Shown: positions 1 through 9,628 of the stretch, in pieces
Layout of the letters: every line of letters begins with the position of its first letter
Numbering within the stretch: the stretch's first letter is position 1
Origin: Thermoplasmatota archaeon
GTDB lineage: Archaea; Thermoplasmatota; E2; JACPAO01; JAHFTW01
Reading direction: 5' to 3'
DNA length: 64,000 nucleotides
NCBI GenBank assembly: GCA_041601615.1
Contig: JBFIHX010000002.1
Coordinates: 286,840-350,839, forward strand
Program-made: the position numbers and the translations under genes
Notes under the pieces: model-generated
The model's database searches: none
Seen by the model: only the letters and a program-made list of their open reading frames with translations
What the model was told of the DNA's origin: nothing

Positions 1-823
1 AGGTTTCGTTGTTGAGCAGGAAGGTGCTCAGAAGTTCGCCGTCGCGCAGCACGGTGACGTTGGCGCTGCCGGTGTGGATGGCGGCGATGGTGTCGAGTGT
101 GATGTTTTGCCAGGGGACGGTGAAGTTGAGGGTGTAGGTGTTGCTGGTGGCGTTTTCGAGGTCGTGCAGGAAACTCGGTTCGGTGAGGTTCTGGAACACG
201 GCTTGCACGGTCTCCACGAGGTCCCCGGCGCCGGCGGCGGTCCCGATGATGTAGGAACCGAGGCTTTCGGCGGCCGCTACGTCCGATTTCGCATCAGGGA
301 TGAAGTCGGTGACGGCGCGGGCGCGGGTGGTGTAGACGAGGCCGTAGATGTCGTCGAGGCTGTCGCCGTGGGCGGCGTCGAGGTTGGCCAGGGGGATGGT
401 GAAGTAGACGGCGTTGTCGCGTAGTTCTGCGACGTGGTCGACGTTGGCGCCACGGGATGTCGAGGGGTGTTCGACTTCGGAGAGGGTTTGCGAGTCGCCT
501 GCGAGGGTCATTTCAAAGCAGGACATGATGGCGTATTCGGTGCCCTTGTGCTCGAAGGCGGGCAGGTAGCAGAACGAGCCGATTTCGGTGCTGCTGCTGG
601 TGAGGTCCATGCGGAACACGAGGTTGTCGCCGTCGGTCATGACGGAGAGTGCGATGACGTCGGAGGCGGTGTCGGGGTGGTTTTGGCCACCTAGAGTGGA
701 GTCGTCGGCGGGATCGGTGCCGAGGAGGATGAATTCGGGTTCTTGCGCGTGCGAGGCGGGAGCCACGACGAGCGATGCAAGCAAGAGGGCGATGACACTG
801 AGCATCGCGCGGGAGCCGACCAT
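1..823 (-). CDS. Secreted/surface protein, partial (runs off window start)
   Basis: Minus-strand reading from ATG 823: MVGSRAMLSVIALLLASLVVAPASHAQEPEF... (signal peptide ending AHA-like), acidic beta-rich body; not in the ORF track, apparently because its stop lies outside the window. Confidence 0.6.
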   Translation of the reverse strand, partial: MVGSRAMLSVIALLLASLVVAPASHAQEPEFILLGTDPADDSTLGGQNHPDTASDVIALSVMTDGDNLVFRMDLTSSSTEIGSFCYLPAFEHKGTEYAIMSCFEMTLAGDSQTLSEVEHPSTSRGANVDHVAELRDNAVYFTIPLANLDAAHGDSLDDIYGLVYTTRARAVTDFIPDAKSDVAAAESLGSYIIGTAAGAGDLVETVQAVFQNLTEPSFLHDLENATSNTYTLNFTVPWQNITLDTIAAIHTGSANVTVLRDGELLSTFLLNNET

Positions 824-912
824 AGTGCTCCAGACTGGGTCTGGTTGATAGTCGTTGTTGGAAAACGTGCGCCGATTCCTTGGGGGTTTTACGACGATTA
901 GTTGTGCGTGCC

Positions 913-1971
913 TTAGGTTGTAAGGTTGCGCAGGATGTGCCATTGGGCGACGGCGGCTTCGACGGCGTGTTTGCCGTTGACGACGCGGGCTTCGGCTTGT
1001 TTCCAGGTCATGCCGGGGCCGATGACGCCGAAGCCTACGGGTTTGCCTGTGGCCAGCGATACGTCTTGGAGGCTTTTGGCGGTGGCGTGGGTGATCACTT
1101 CGTCGTGTTTGGTTTCACCGCTGACGACGCAGCCGAGGGCGACGACGCAGTCGATGTCGTCGCGGCGCAGGAGGGCTTGCACGGCGAGGGGCAGGTCGTA
1201 GACGCCGGGGACTTTGAGGTGTAGGGCGACGGGGGCGCCGAGTTTGTCGGCTTTCTGCCTGGCGAGGTTTGCCATGTCGTTGGTGATTTCTTCGTTGAAG
1301 AGTGCTTGGACGATGGCGATGCGGGGGCCATTGCCGCCGGGGGCGGGGGCGCTGTGGGAAAGGTCGGGGAATGCGTGGTGCGTGGGGGCGGGGGCACCGG
1401 CCGGTTCGTGGGCGGCTGGTGCGTGGCTGCGCGGGGTTACGGGGGGTTCGTGCACGGGCGCCGAGGGCGTGGGTGCTGCGGGGGCGGGAGTGGCTGCGGC
1501 GGCGCTGGTGCTGGCGGCGGGCGCAGTGGCCGGGGCTGCGCGTGCGCCGAGGGGTGGCCAGACTTCGGGTCGGCGCGTGGGCTGGGGCGCAAACGGTTGG
1601 GTTGGCGCGGGGCTCGGCGCGGGAGTTGGCGCAGGAGTTGGTGTGGGTGTTGCAGGCGCTGGCGTGGGTTCGGGTTGGGGCTCTGCGGCGGGTTCAGCTA
1701 CCGGCGTTATGGGAGCGGATTCGACCGCCGGGGCGGCAGTTGGCGCTGGTTTGCGCTCGAACACTTCGAACTCGTCTTCATGTTCCGCTTTGGCCGCTGC
1801 TGGGCGCGTTGGTGGCGGGGGCGCCGGTTCAGGAGTTTTGGGTTTCGATTGTCGCTCGTAGACCTCGAATTCGTCGGTCTGCACGGTGCGCACGCTGGGC
1901 GCAACCTCGTGGTTGTCCATGGCTTCGCGCTGGCGCGCAATCATGGCTTCTATGGCCGATTCGTCGAGCAT
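913..1971 (-). CDS. ribH: 6,7-dimethyl-8-ribityllumazine synthase with long Pro/Ala-rich N-terminal extension
   Basis: C-terminal ~140 aa has RIAIVQALFNEEIT, VPGVYDLPLA, LGCVVSGETKHDEVI, KPVGFGVIGPG; start chosen at ATG 1971 after GAGGGG. Confidence 0.9.
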   Translation of the reverse strand: MLDESAIEAMIARQREAMDNHEVAPSVRTVQTDEFEVYERQSKPKTPEPAPPPPTRPAAAKAEHEDEFEVFERKPAPTAAPAVESAPITPVAEPAAEPQPEPTPAPATPTPTPAPTPAPSPAPTQPFAPQPTRRPEVWPPLGARAAPATAPAASTSAAAATPAPAAPTPSAPVHEPPVTPRSHAPAAHEPAGAPAPTHHAFPDLSHSAPAPGGNGPRIAIVQALFNEEITNDMANLARQKADKLGAPVALHLKVPGVYDLPLAVQALLRRDDIDCVVALGCVVSGETKHDEVITHATAKSLQDVSLATGKPVGFGVIGPGMTWKQAEARVVNGKHAVEAAVAQWHILRNLTT

Positions 1972-2151
1972 GCGGTCCCCTCGCAAGCCCTCCAGGTGAA
2001 ACAAAGGTCATCAAGGTGTTGATTGGGCCTAGTGGGTTGCGGGGGGTGATTTTGGACCCTGTTCTAGGGATGCGGGCCCTCGGGCCAAAAAGGTGGGAGG
2101 GGTCCTGTTGGATGCGACTTCATAAAATAGAATGGGCCTACAAGAGGTCTC

Positions 2152-3606
2152 GTGGCGTTGTCGTTCCGCCTAGTGCTCATCTCGGTGCTGCCGTTGCTGT
2201 TGTTGGGCGGGTTGGTGGGCTGGGGCGGTGGACCAGAAATTGCGGTTATGGGGTTCCATCAGGTGGTCATCGTAGCCGCATCGTTGTTAACCGTGGGTTT
2301 GGGACTGTTGACGTTGCAGGCGTTTTTTCGGCGTGGCCGGGTGGCTGATCTAGGACTTGGCACGGGCCTAGCGGGTTTTGGCGCCGTCTACATTTGGCAC
2401 GGGGTGTTTACCGGAGCAGTGCCGCCCATTCGGTGGTTGGTGTATGGTCCGCTGTCGCGGATTTTCTTCGCGCTGTGTCTGCTTGCTGTAGCGTCGAACC
2501 ATCGCATTGGGACGCTTCGTCGTTCGGCTTGGGCGCTTGGTTCCATAGTGTTGGTGGGTTTCTTGGGCTGGGCTTCGTGGCGCGTGGCGGGAGCCATCGG
2601 GGATTGGGCGCTGCGGGCGGGGCTGAGTGGGGTCAATTCGTTGCGAATCTCTCTGGAGCTTACGGCACTCGCAGGGAGCGCGGTTGCTTTGTTGTTGGTG
2701 GCGCGCCGGGTGGAGGTTGGTCGGGTTCGTTCGTTGGTGATGCTTGGAGTCTGGTTCATTGTGGTTCAGAGCTTGTTCTTCTTGGTGGCGGGCGTGTGGA
2801 ATGTAACGTGGTGGGTGGCGCATGGCTTTGGTGCCTTGGGGACGGCGACGTTGGCTGTGAGTGTCCTGGTGTTGTCGCGCTCGACGCATGAATTGGTGCA
2901 GAAGGAGCGTCATGCGGAAGATGATGCGGCGCGGCAGGCGTTTTTGAACAACGCGGCGCACGCGCTTCGGACTCCGTTGACGTCTTTGGTGTTGAATCTC
3001 AAGATTTTGCAGGGGTCCAAGTTGGATGCCAAGAATCAGCATGTTGTCGCGTCGGCGATGCGGTCTGTGACCCGGTTGCGAAACTTGTCGGATGAGTTGA
3101 TGCTGGCGGCGGTGTCGGGCGCGGGCGCGCAGGGGCTCTTGATGGATCGTCAGGAAGTGGATCTTGCTGATGTTGCCAAGGCGGTTCTGGAGTCGTTTGC
3201 CGAGCAGGCAAGCAGCGCCGGTGTTTCGTTGCGGGTGGATGCGGTGCCGTGTCGGGCTGACGTGGATGCCGAGCGCATCTCGGACTTGCTGTTCATGTTG
3301 GTGGAAAATGCGGTGCGGTTTACGACGGAGGGAGAGGTGGCTTTGTCGGTTGTGCCTCGGCGTCGGGCGGTGGAGATTGTGGTCCAAGATACGGGCATTG
3401 GCATGACGGAGGAACAGTTGGAACAGGTGTTTCGGCCGTTTGGTCGCCCGCATGAGATGGCGATGATGCGCACGGAAGGCAACGGATTGTCGTTGATTGT
3501 GGCACGTGGCATTGCAGAGGCGCATGGCGGCGTCTTGGAGGCGTTTTCTGGCGGCCTTGGCAAGGGTTCGCGGTTTCGGGTGCGGTTGCCGATTCGCGCA
3601 ACGTAG
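2152..3606 (+). CDS. Membrane sensor histidine kinase (multi-TM + HisKA + HATPase)
   Basis: ~7 TM N-terminus; H-box NNAAHALRTPLT, N-box ENAVRFT, G1 DTGIG, F-box VFRPF, G2 GNGLSL, GKGSRF. Confidence 0.85.
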   Translation: MALSFRLVLISVLPLLLLGGLVGWGGGPEIAVMGFHQVVIVAASLLTVGLGLLTLQAFFRRGRVADLGLGTGLAGFGAVYIWHGVFTGAVPPIRWLVYGPLSRIFFALCLLAVASNHRIGTLRRSAWALGSIVLVGFLGWASWRVAGAIGDWALRAGLSGVNSLRISLELTALAGSAVALLLVARRVEVGRVRSLVMLGVWFIVVQSLFFLVAGVWNVTWWVAHGFGALGTATLAVSVLVLSRSTHELVQKERHAEDDAARQAFLNNAAHALRTPLTSLVLNLKILQGSKLDAKNQHVVASAMRSVTRLRNLSDELMLAAVSGAGAQGLLMDRQEVDLADVAKAVLESFAEQASSAGVSLRVDAVPCRADVDAERISDLLFMLVENAVRFTTEGEVALSVVPRRRAVEIVVQDTGIGMTEEQLEQVFRPFGRPHEMAMMRTEGNGLSLIVARGIAEAHGGVLEAFSGGLGKGSRFRVRLPIRAT

Positions 3607-3694
3607 GGACGCTCGCAGGCGTTCGGGGAGCCGGCTTCGAGGTGGTGCGTGTGTGTGGTGGGGGTGGCGGGGGCCGCCTGTTGTGGGGCGGCGC

Positions 3695-4249
3695 TCAGTG
3701 CTCGATGCTGCCTACGTCCTCGAAGCCCTGTCGTTTGCCGGTGCCGGCGCGCAGGGTCAGTTCGTGGGGGGCTTCCATGAGCCAGTAGGCGTTGGTGGCG
3801 TGTTCGCGTACTCGGTTGTCCACGACGGCAACGAGTTCGTCGCCTTCGGCTTCGTCCATGTGGACGATGATTTCGAGGATGTGTTTGCCGGTGGCTTGTT
3901 GGGCCATTTGCATGCCGATGCTGGCGTCTTGGGCGCATTGCTTGTCGATGTCTTCGGGGCCGGCCATGCCGCAGCACAGCACGATGTCGCAGCCGGCTTC
4001 TAGGAGGCGTCGGGCGCCGAGTCCGAGGTCTTTGAAGCCGGGGACGGTGAGGTAGCGGATGCGGTGGTCGTGGATGCCGTGTTGGTGGAGTTGGTGGATG
4101 GCGCGGGGGCCCATGCGTACGACGGCGAAGGTGGTGTCGACGATGCCATAGACGGCGGGTTGGACGACCATGGATTCGCCTCGGGTGCGTTGCATCCAGT
4201 TGGCGTGGATGGCGGCCACTTCTTCTTCGATGGCGTTCTGGGGCTTCAT
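3695..4249 (-). CDS. ribC: Archaeal riboflavin synthase
   Basis: GIVDTTFA, TVPGFKDL, GMAGPEDIDK, HILEIIVHMDE, GKRQGFED motifs; located in rib cluster. Confidence 0.9.
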   Translation of the reverse strand: MKPQNAIEEEVAAIHANWMQRTRGESMVVQPAVYGIVDTTFAVVRMGPRAIHQLHQHGIHDHRIRYLTVPGFKDLGLGARRLLEAGCDIVLCCGMAGPEDIDKQCAQDASIGMQMAQQATGKHILEIIVHMDEAEGDELVAVVDNRVREHATNAYWLMEAPHELTLRAGTGKRQGFEDVGSIEH

Positions 4250-4899
4250 GGGTCCTCTTCCTCGTCTGCGTCGGGGCCTTGCTGGGGGCTTTCTTTGTTG
4301 TAGAGGCTCTTTTCGGCGGCGCGGGCGGCGATGCGTTCGATGATTTTGCGGGTGCCGTCGAGGTCTCCGACGAATTGGGGCAGGCGTACGACTTGGCAGC
4401 GGATGCCTCGGCGTTCGAATTCGGCGGCGACGGTTGCTTCGCTGTAGCTTTGGTCGAAGCCGAGGGCGAAGATGTCTGGGCGGAGTTCTTCGACGATGCG
4501 GTAGTAGTCGCCGCGGTGGCCTAGTACGGCAAGGTCGACGGGTTTGAGGGCTTGGACCATGTCGCGGCGGTGGCCTTCGGGGGTGACGGGTCGGTGTTTT
4601 TCGCGCACGACCGATTCGTCGCGGGCCATGACGACGACGAGTTCGTCGCCGAGTTTTTTGGCTTCTTCGAGCATGTGTAGGTGCCCGGGGTGCAGGAGGT
4701 CGAAGACGCCTGTGGTCATGACGCGTACATGGGGTCGAAGGGATGCCTTGGGGGTGCCCTGCACAGGCGGCCGAGGGACGGCTTGGTCAAGAAGCAAGTG
4801 GCTGGGGTCGGCGGGGGGAGTGTTGGTTCGCGCCGGGGAGGCCGTGGATTCCGTGTGGGCCGTTGGAGCGGCGGGGGCGGCGGGATCGGCAGGGTTCAT
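4246..4899 (-). CDS. ribL: Archaeal FAD synthetase (cytidylyltransferase family)
   Basis: RVMTTGVFDLLHPGH (HxGH), ALGFDQ, GTRKII; ATG 4899 overlaps the ribB stop (ATGA). Confidence 0.88.
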   Translation of the reverse strand: MNPADPAAPAAPTAHTESTASPARTNTPPADPSHLLLDQAVPRPPVQGTPKASLRPHVRVMTTGVFDLLHPGHLHMLEEAKKLGDELVVVMARDESVVREKHRPVTPEGHRRDMVQALKPVDLAVLGHRGDYYRIVEELRPDIFALGFDQSYSEATVAAEFERRGIRCQVVRLPQFVGDLDGTRKIIERIAARAAEKSLYNKESPQQGPDADEEEDP

Positions 4900-5648
4900 G
4901 CCGGCGTGGCGACGGGCTCGGCGACGGCGCGGGGGACGTGGATGCGTTGGTGCCAGGCGGCGATGATTTCGGCGCCGGTGAGAAATTCCAGTCCGTGCTC
5001 GGCGGCGTAGGCTTCTGCGTCGGTGCGGGATAGGGCGCGGCCGGAGGTTGGGTCGAGCATTTCGCAGACGGTGGTGATGGCGGGTAGGCCTGCGAGGCGG
5101 GCCAGTTCTAGGCTCAGTTCGGTGTGGCCTTGGCGCGCGGCGAGGCCTCGGTCGGCGCCGTTGAGGAGTTGGACGTGTCCGGGGCTGCGAAAGTCTGTGG
5201 CGAATGCGTGCTGGGTCTCGGGGGAGGGGGCGGCGCCTGGTTTGAGGTCGGAGGCGACGCTGGCTAGGGCCTGGATCGTGGTGCTGCGGTCTTCGTCGGT
5301 GATGCCGGTGAAGGTGTCGCGGTGGTTGAGGGTGAGGCCGAAGGCGGGTTTGCTTGCGTCGTAGCGGATGTCGCCGCGTGGCAGCAATTTGTGGAGGCCG
5401 GGGTGTGCGTGGGCGGCGTCGGCAAGTACGTCGCAGGCCCAGGGCAGGCTGAGGCCTCGGTGGACTTCGGGGCCGATGGCGGTGCAAAGGAGGCCGCCGG
5501 CGTCGGTGCGTAGGGTGCGTACCACGTCGGGGGTGACGGCGTGGCCGGCGACGACCATGTCGGTCTCCTCTTCGCGTCCGTCGGCGTCGTAGACGAGTAC
5601 GATGCGTCCGGCCGCGAGTGCGGCGACGGCTTGGTCCACGGGGTCCAT
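4896..5648 (-). CDS. ribB: 3,4-dihydroxy-2-butanone 4-phosphate synthase
   Basis: YDADGREEETDMV, TGITDEDR, FRSPGHV, RQGHTE, VCEML. Confidence 0.92.
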   Translation of the reverse strand: MDPVDQAVAALAAGRIVLVYDADGREEETDMVVAGHAVTPDVVRTLRTDAGGLLCTAIGPEVHRGLSLPWACDVLADAAHAHPGLHKLLPRGDIRYDASKPAFGLTLNHRDTFTGITDEDRSTTIQALASVASDLKPGAAPSPETQHAFATDFRSPGHVQLLNGADRGLAARQGHTELSLELARLAGLPAITTVCEMLDPTSGRALSRTDAEAYAAEHGLEFLTGAEIIAAWHQRIHVPRAVAEPVATPA

Positions 5649-5749
5649 GGACGGCCCACCCAACGGGGGGTTATCAAAGATGAGTGACTACCCAATTTTG
5701 GGTCTCTGAGGCTTGGGTGTCACGTAGGGGCAACGCTTGAACTGCCGGA

Positions 5750-6022
5750 TTAGGCAGCAGCGGATTCTTCGACGGGCGCCGCGGGGGCGTCGTCGTGGGA
5801 GACGGAGTCGGTGCCTTCGGCCTCGACGGTGGCGGCTTCCCATCCCTTGCGGTAGGTCGTGACGTAGCCAGCAACGCGGTTGCGGAAGACGCTGGTCTTC
5901 ACATCGGTCAACTCGTTGACCATCGCCTTGTTGTGCTCGAAGTCGTCGGAGAACCGGTCGTTGTACCGCTTGACGAGATCGATCGCGACGCGCTTGATGT
6001 AGGTAGGACGGATGTTACCCAT
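5750..6022 (-). CDS. rps17e: 30S ribosomal protein S17e
   Basis: MGNIRPTYIKR...FSDDFEHNK...RNRVAGYVT. Confidence 0.95.
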   Translation of the reverse strand: MGNIRPTYIKRVAIDLVKRYNDRFSDDFEHNKAMVNELTDVKTSVFRNRVAGYVTTYRKGWEAATVEAEGTDSVSHDDAPAAPVEESAAA

Positions 6023-6128
6023 GGGATGGCCTCAGAGAGCATTCCCTCGGGACCTGAAGCCGGATATAACGATTGGGGCCAGAAACGGGGTCCTGCGGCT
6101 TCATCAGGGCCTCCCGGCATCGCCGCCC

Positions 6129-6479
6129 GTGTTCCGGTCCTTCCTCCTCGTCGCCCTCGGCGGTGCCCTCGGCGCCATGTCGCGCTTCGGCGTCTCCACC
6201 GCCCTACCCCGCTTGGTTTTCCCTTGGCACACCCTCGCGGTCAATCTCGTGGGCGCCTTCCTTCTTGGCTACCTCTTCCTGGACCACGGCATGGGACACA
6301 CGCCGAGGTTGCTCATCGCGGTCGGCTTTCTGGGCGCATTCACGACACTCAGCACCTACAGCGTCGAGACCCTCGAATTGGTGCAGGAAGGACACGCCCG
6401 GCTCGCAGTGGCAAACGTCGGCCTCAACGGCCTCGGCGGCCCGCTCATGGCTTGGCTCGGCTGGCGCTTGGCGAGCTAG
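6129..6479 (+). CDS. crcB: Fluoride efflux channel Fluc/CrcB
   Basis: GGALGAMSRF, TLAVNLVGAF, GFLGAFTTLSTY; GTG start inferred. Confidence 0.9.
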   Translation: MFRSFLLVALGGALGAMSRFGVSTALPRLVFPWHTLAVNLVGAFLLGYLFLDHGMGHTPRLLIAVGFLGAFTTLSTYSVETLELVQEGHARLAVANVGLNGLGGPLMAWLGWRLAS

Positions 6480-8086
6480 AACAGCTTCGTCTGTCCTTCC
6501 GACGGCGCCGGCTTCTTCTTTGGCTTCTCGGGTTCAGAATCAGGTTCAGACGTAGGCTCCACGGCCGGTTCCGGCGCGGCCGGTGCCTCCGGTTTCGCAT
6601 CGGATTTCCCCGGCTTGGCCGGTTTTGCAGCGGGGGTCGAAGGCTCCGCCTTGCTGGCAAACGCTCCAAGGCCCATGCCGGGAGGAGCCGCTCGTGGCGA
6701 CGGCCGCCCGGCCGCCTTGTGCTCTTCCTCCATCGCCGTCACTTGTGCGCGGATCTCCGCGACGGCCTTGTCCTTCGCCTTCGCGTCGATGAGAAGCGCA
6801 ATCTCGTCGTCTTCGAGCTCCATCGCGAGGCTCTGGTGCACCTGAAACTCGCGGTCGATCCCGAAAATCCGTGTAAACGGCTCCACTTGGCCCAGACGCG
6901 CCTTACGGCGACTCTGGTGCGTAGCCGTGGCAAGACTGTCGGCGAGCTTGTTTTTGACGGCGCGGCTGCCCTTGCTGCGGCTCATCTTGGAAAGATACTG
7001 CGGGAAGCCAAAAGGCACGAACCCACGCGGCCCCGGGTGCTGGCGCACCGCACTCACCCCGAGAATCGCCAGGTCGCCCGCATACGCCCAGAGGCGGTAG
7101 TTTTGCTTGCGGCGAGTCCGGCCCAAAAACACGTCGGCACGGCTGAGCATCTCGTAGCCCGCGACCAAATCCTCCGGATGCACGTACTCCTTGGGCAGGT
7201 TCTCGTCGATCCACAAGACATAGTCCTCGGGCGTCGCGTCCACCTCCATGGATTCCTTGCGCAATTCCTTGATCGGAGCCTGCTTCAGGACATGCTTGAC
7301 AAGATCGAACATGGTGCCGCTGCGGTCCCGCTGACCCAGCGATTCCAGCGCCGCCACCGTCACTTCGTCGCGCCCGGCCGAGATCGATTCGAGGTCACGC
7401 ACCGCCGCCCGCATGTCCCCCTCGGCCTTCGCGGCGATTGCCTCAAGGACCGCCCGCTCCACGCGCTTGCCCTCGATGCGGCAGATCTTTTCGAGCGCAT
7501 TCGGGATGCTACGGACGTTGATGCGGCCCCACTTCAGAGTCTGAGCAAGCGTACGAATCGCTGCCCCGCTGCCCTTCTGCAAGGCATACAAGTCATTGAC
7601 AATGAGAATGATGGGCTGCTTGGAATCGCGGATGGTCTGGATGATCTGCGTCTTGCCGCCACGATCGGAGAGGTCGGACCCGCCACCGGCCGCGTTTTCG
7701 CCCGCCAGCCGCTCGTACAAGTTGTCTGCCTCGTCCAACACGATGAGCTTGCGACCGCCGCCCTCGCCCTCCTCGCCCGTACGATGGAAGGATCCGTCGG
7801 AATTGAACGTCTGATGCATCGCCCCAGCCGTCGCCACGCGACGAATGCGATCGGCGTTGCGAGCGTCCGAAGCATTCAGCTCAATGACGGCCCAACCCAT
7901 GTCGTAGCCCAAAGCAAGTGCCGCCGAAGTCTTCCCCGTCCCAGGAGGGCCTGCAAGCACCAGCGCCCGTTGCTTCGGGATGCCCTTCGACCAAGAATCC
8001 GCCCACTTGCGCATGAGGGCTACGTTGGGACCGTTGCCGATCACGTCCGCAAGCGAGCGAGGGCGGTGCTTCTCGGTCCAGTCCAC
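6476..8086 (-). CDS. rfcL: Replication factor C large subunit
   Basis: DWTEKHRP, Walker A GPPGTGKT, ELNASDAR, LDEAD, GDMRAAVRDL, WIDENLP; start inferred at GTG 8086 (ORF extends to 8143). Confidence 0.92.
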   Translation of the reverse strand: MDWTEKHRPRSLADVIGNGPNVALMRKWADSWSKGIPKQRALVLAGPPGTGKTSAALALGYDMGWAVIELNASDARNADRIRRVATAGAMHQTFNSDGSFHRTGEEGEGGGRKLIVLDEADNLYERLAGENAAGGGSDLSDRGGKTQIIQTIRDSKQPIILIVNDLYALQKGSGAAIRTLAQTLKWGRINVRSIPNALEKICRIEGKRVERAVLEAIAAKAEGDMRAAVRDLESISAGRDEVTVAALESLGQRDRSGTMFDLVKHVLKQAPIKELRKESMEVDATPEDYVLWIDENLPKEYVHPEDLVAGYEMLSRADVFLGRTRRKQNYRLWAYAGDLAILGVSAVRQHPGPRGFVPFGFPQYLSKMSRSKGSRAVKNKLADSLATATHQSRRKARLGQVEPFTRIFGIDREFQVHQSLAMELEDDEIALLIDAKAKDKAVAEIRAQVTAMEEEHKAAGRPSPRAAPPGMGLGAFASKAEPSTPAAKPAKPGKSDAKPEAPAAPEPAVEPTSEPDSEPEKPKKKPAPSEGQTKLF

Positions 8087-8139
8087 GAGGCGGCGAGAGT
8101 AGGAGGGGGACTTGAAGGGGGCGGGGCGAGCAGGGCGAT

Positions 8140-8290
8140 TCAAGTCGGTTCGCTTTCCAAAATGGACTGCAATGGACCGAGGAGAGGCAACGCATCATCG
8201 ACCACTGTCTTCCAAAGAATGGAGGGTTCGATGCGGTGGTATGCATGAATCAGAAAATCTCGCATGCGGGCCATTTCACCCCACCTTGAT
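8140..8290 (-). pseudogene. Truncated HEPN (DUF86/HepT-like) toxin, C-terminal half only
   Basis: WGEMARMRDFLIHAYHRIEPSILW carries RxxxxH and the typical DUF86 C-terminus; there is no room for the N-terminal half before the MNT gene. Confidence 0.65.
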
Positions 8291-8566
8291 TGCGTCCAGT
8301 CGGGCTTCCAGGAGGACGCTGTCACGCATACCTCCCGGCGTCGTCAGGTCCACGCGCCGGCCCGTCTTCTCTTCCAGCTCCGCTTGCAGGCGGGCCATCT
8401 GAAACAACGATGGGGTACGATCGAATTCTACAAGCAGGTCAAGGTCGCTGTCTGGACGTGCTTGGCCCCTGGCGACCGAGCCGTAAAGCTGCATATGCGA
8501 CACCCCATACCGTTTGCGGAGTCCCGGAAGGATGCGTTGCAAGCAAAGCACCTCTGGGAGAGCCAA
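8276..8566 (-). CDS. Minimal nucleotidyltransferase (MNT/MntA antitoxin)
   Basis: LYGSVARGQARPDSDLDLLVEF, GRRVDL; 96 aa. Confidence 0.88.
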   Translation of the reverse strand: MALPEVLCLQRILPGLRKRYGVSHMQLYGSVARGQARPDSDLDLLVEFDRTPSLFQMARLQAELEEKTGRRVDLTTPGGMRDSVLLEARLDAIKVG

Positions 8567-8618
8567 GGTCTTGGATGGTTCGAAACCCTACTTGAAAGAG
8601 CCGGAGTTTGTGGCGCCG

Positions 8619-9566
8619 TCAAGCAAGCCGAAACCGCTCCAGCGTCCTCGGAATCAACGAGACGTCAACATTCCCGCCGGCACTAACGCCAATCACACCC
8701 CACGTTCCGGGGTCGGGTGCCATTACGCCGCCTTCCTGGATGGTGCCGGGGCAGGTTTCGCGGACCTGGATGCCGTTTTGGTAGTTGCTTGCCTGGGAGC
8801 CAATGTCCAATTCGTACGCGCCTTGGTCGCCTTCCAGTCCTTCGGCGGAGCAAGTGCCGGTGAGGGCATACCACAGCTCAGCGGCTTCCTCGGGCACTGT
8901 GAATTGGCTGAACCGGACGTCGCCTGTGGGGAGGTTGATGTCGATGCGATCAAAGAGGGTCCAACGAACCAGTTCGCCGCTGTAGTTGTGGCCGGCTTTG
9001 ACAAACGTGGAACCAAATTCGACGGTGCCGTTGGCGTCGAGTGCTTCCATGCCGCTAAGCCATTGGGTCGTTGGATCGTAGCCGTAGTTGCGCACGGAGC
9101 CGTCGGCGGCGGTCGCTTGTACGGCGTATTTTCCGTTGGCCAGGAAAGTGCCCGTTGCGCTCCATTCCGTGTCGTCCCAGGCGAATTTCCAGGTTTTTCC
9201 TTCCGTGAGTGGGAAGTCAAAAAAGTGGACTGCGCCGTGTTCTTGGCTGCCGTCGAGGTGCTTTTTGCTGATGGCGCCCACGGTACTGACTTCGCCAAAT
9301 GCCGCGTGGAAGAACGCCATTTCCGGGTCGTTTACGTCGAGCGTCCAATGGTCGCCGTTGTCTTCACTGACAACCCAAGTAATCTGCCCAAGGCCGGGCA
9401 AGTCGAAGATCCACCAGTCGCCGATGGCCCAGGTGGGGGCCGGGATGCTCGCGGCGCCCTCGGTGGAGTCGCCATGGAGTGCTTCTGCGTCGCCCGTGGA
9501 ATCTGAACACCCTGCCAGCATCAGCACAAGAAGCGGTGCAAGAAGTATTACAGTCCGGGCAGCCAT
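8619..9566 (-). CDS. Putative lipoprotein
   Basis: Signal with lipobox LAGC, acidic beta-rich body, APTWAIGDWW motif. Confidence 0.7.
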   Translation of the reverse strand: MAARTVILLAPLLVLMLAGCSDSTGDAEALHGDSTEGAASIPAPTWAIGDWWIFDLPGLGQITWVVSEDNGDHWTLDVNDPEMAFFHAAFGEVSTVGAISKKHLDGSQEHGAVHFFDFPLTEGKTWKFAWDDTEWSATGTFLANGKYAVQATAADGSVRNYGYDPTTQWLSGMEALDANGTVEFGSTFVKAGHNYSGELVRWTLFDRIDINLPTGDVRFSQFTVPEEAAELWYALTGTCSAEGLEGDQGAYELDIGSQASNYQNGIQVRETCPGTIQEGGVMAPDPGTWGVIGVSAGGNVDVSLIPRTLERFRLA

Positions 9567-9628
9567 GTGTTGCGATTGCTGTGGGTGACTTCAGGATTCT
9601 GGAACTTTGGGGAGCAAACAGGTTGGCT

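Noticed and set aside
6023-6128. Fluoride riboswitch upstream of crcB
   Set aside because: The GGCGATGG-type core and pseudoknot were not seen.
5795-8248. 817-aa + strand ORF and similar long antisense ORFs (e.g. 48799-50424, 34452-35471)
   Set aside because: Shadow frames of GC-rich genes with Arg/Gly-rich, motif-free translations.
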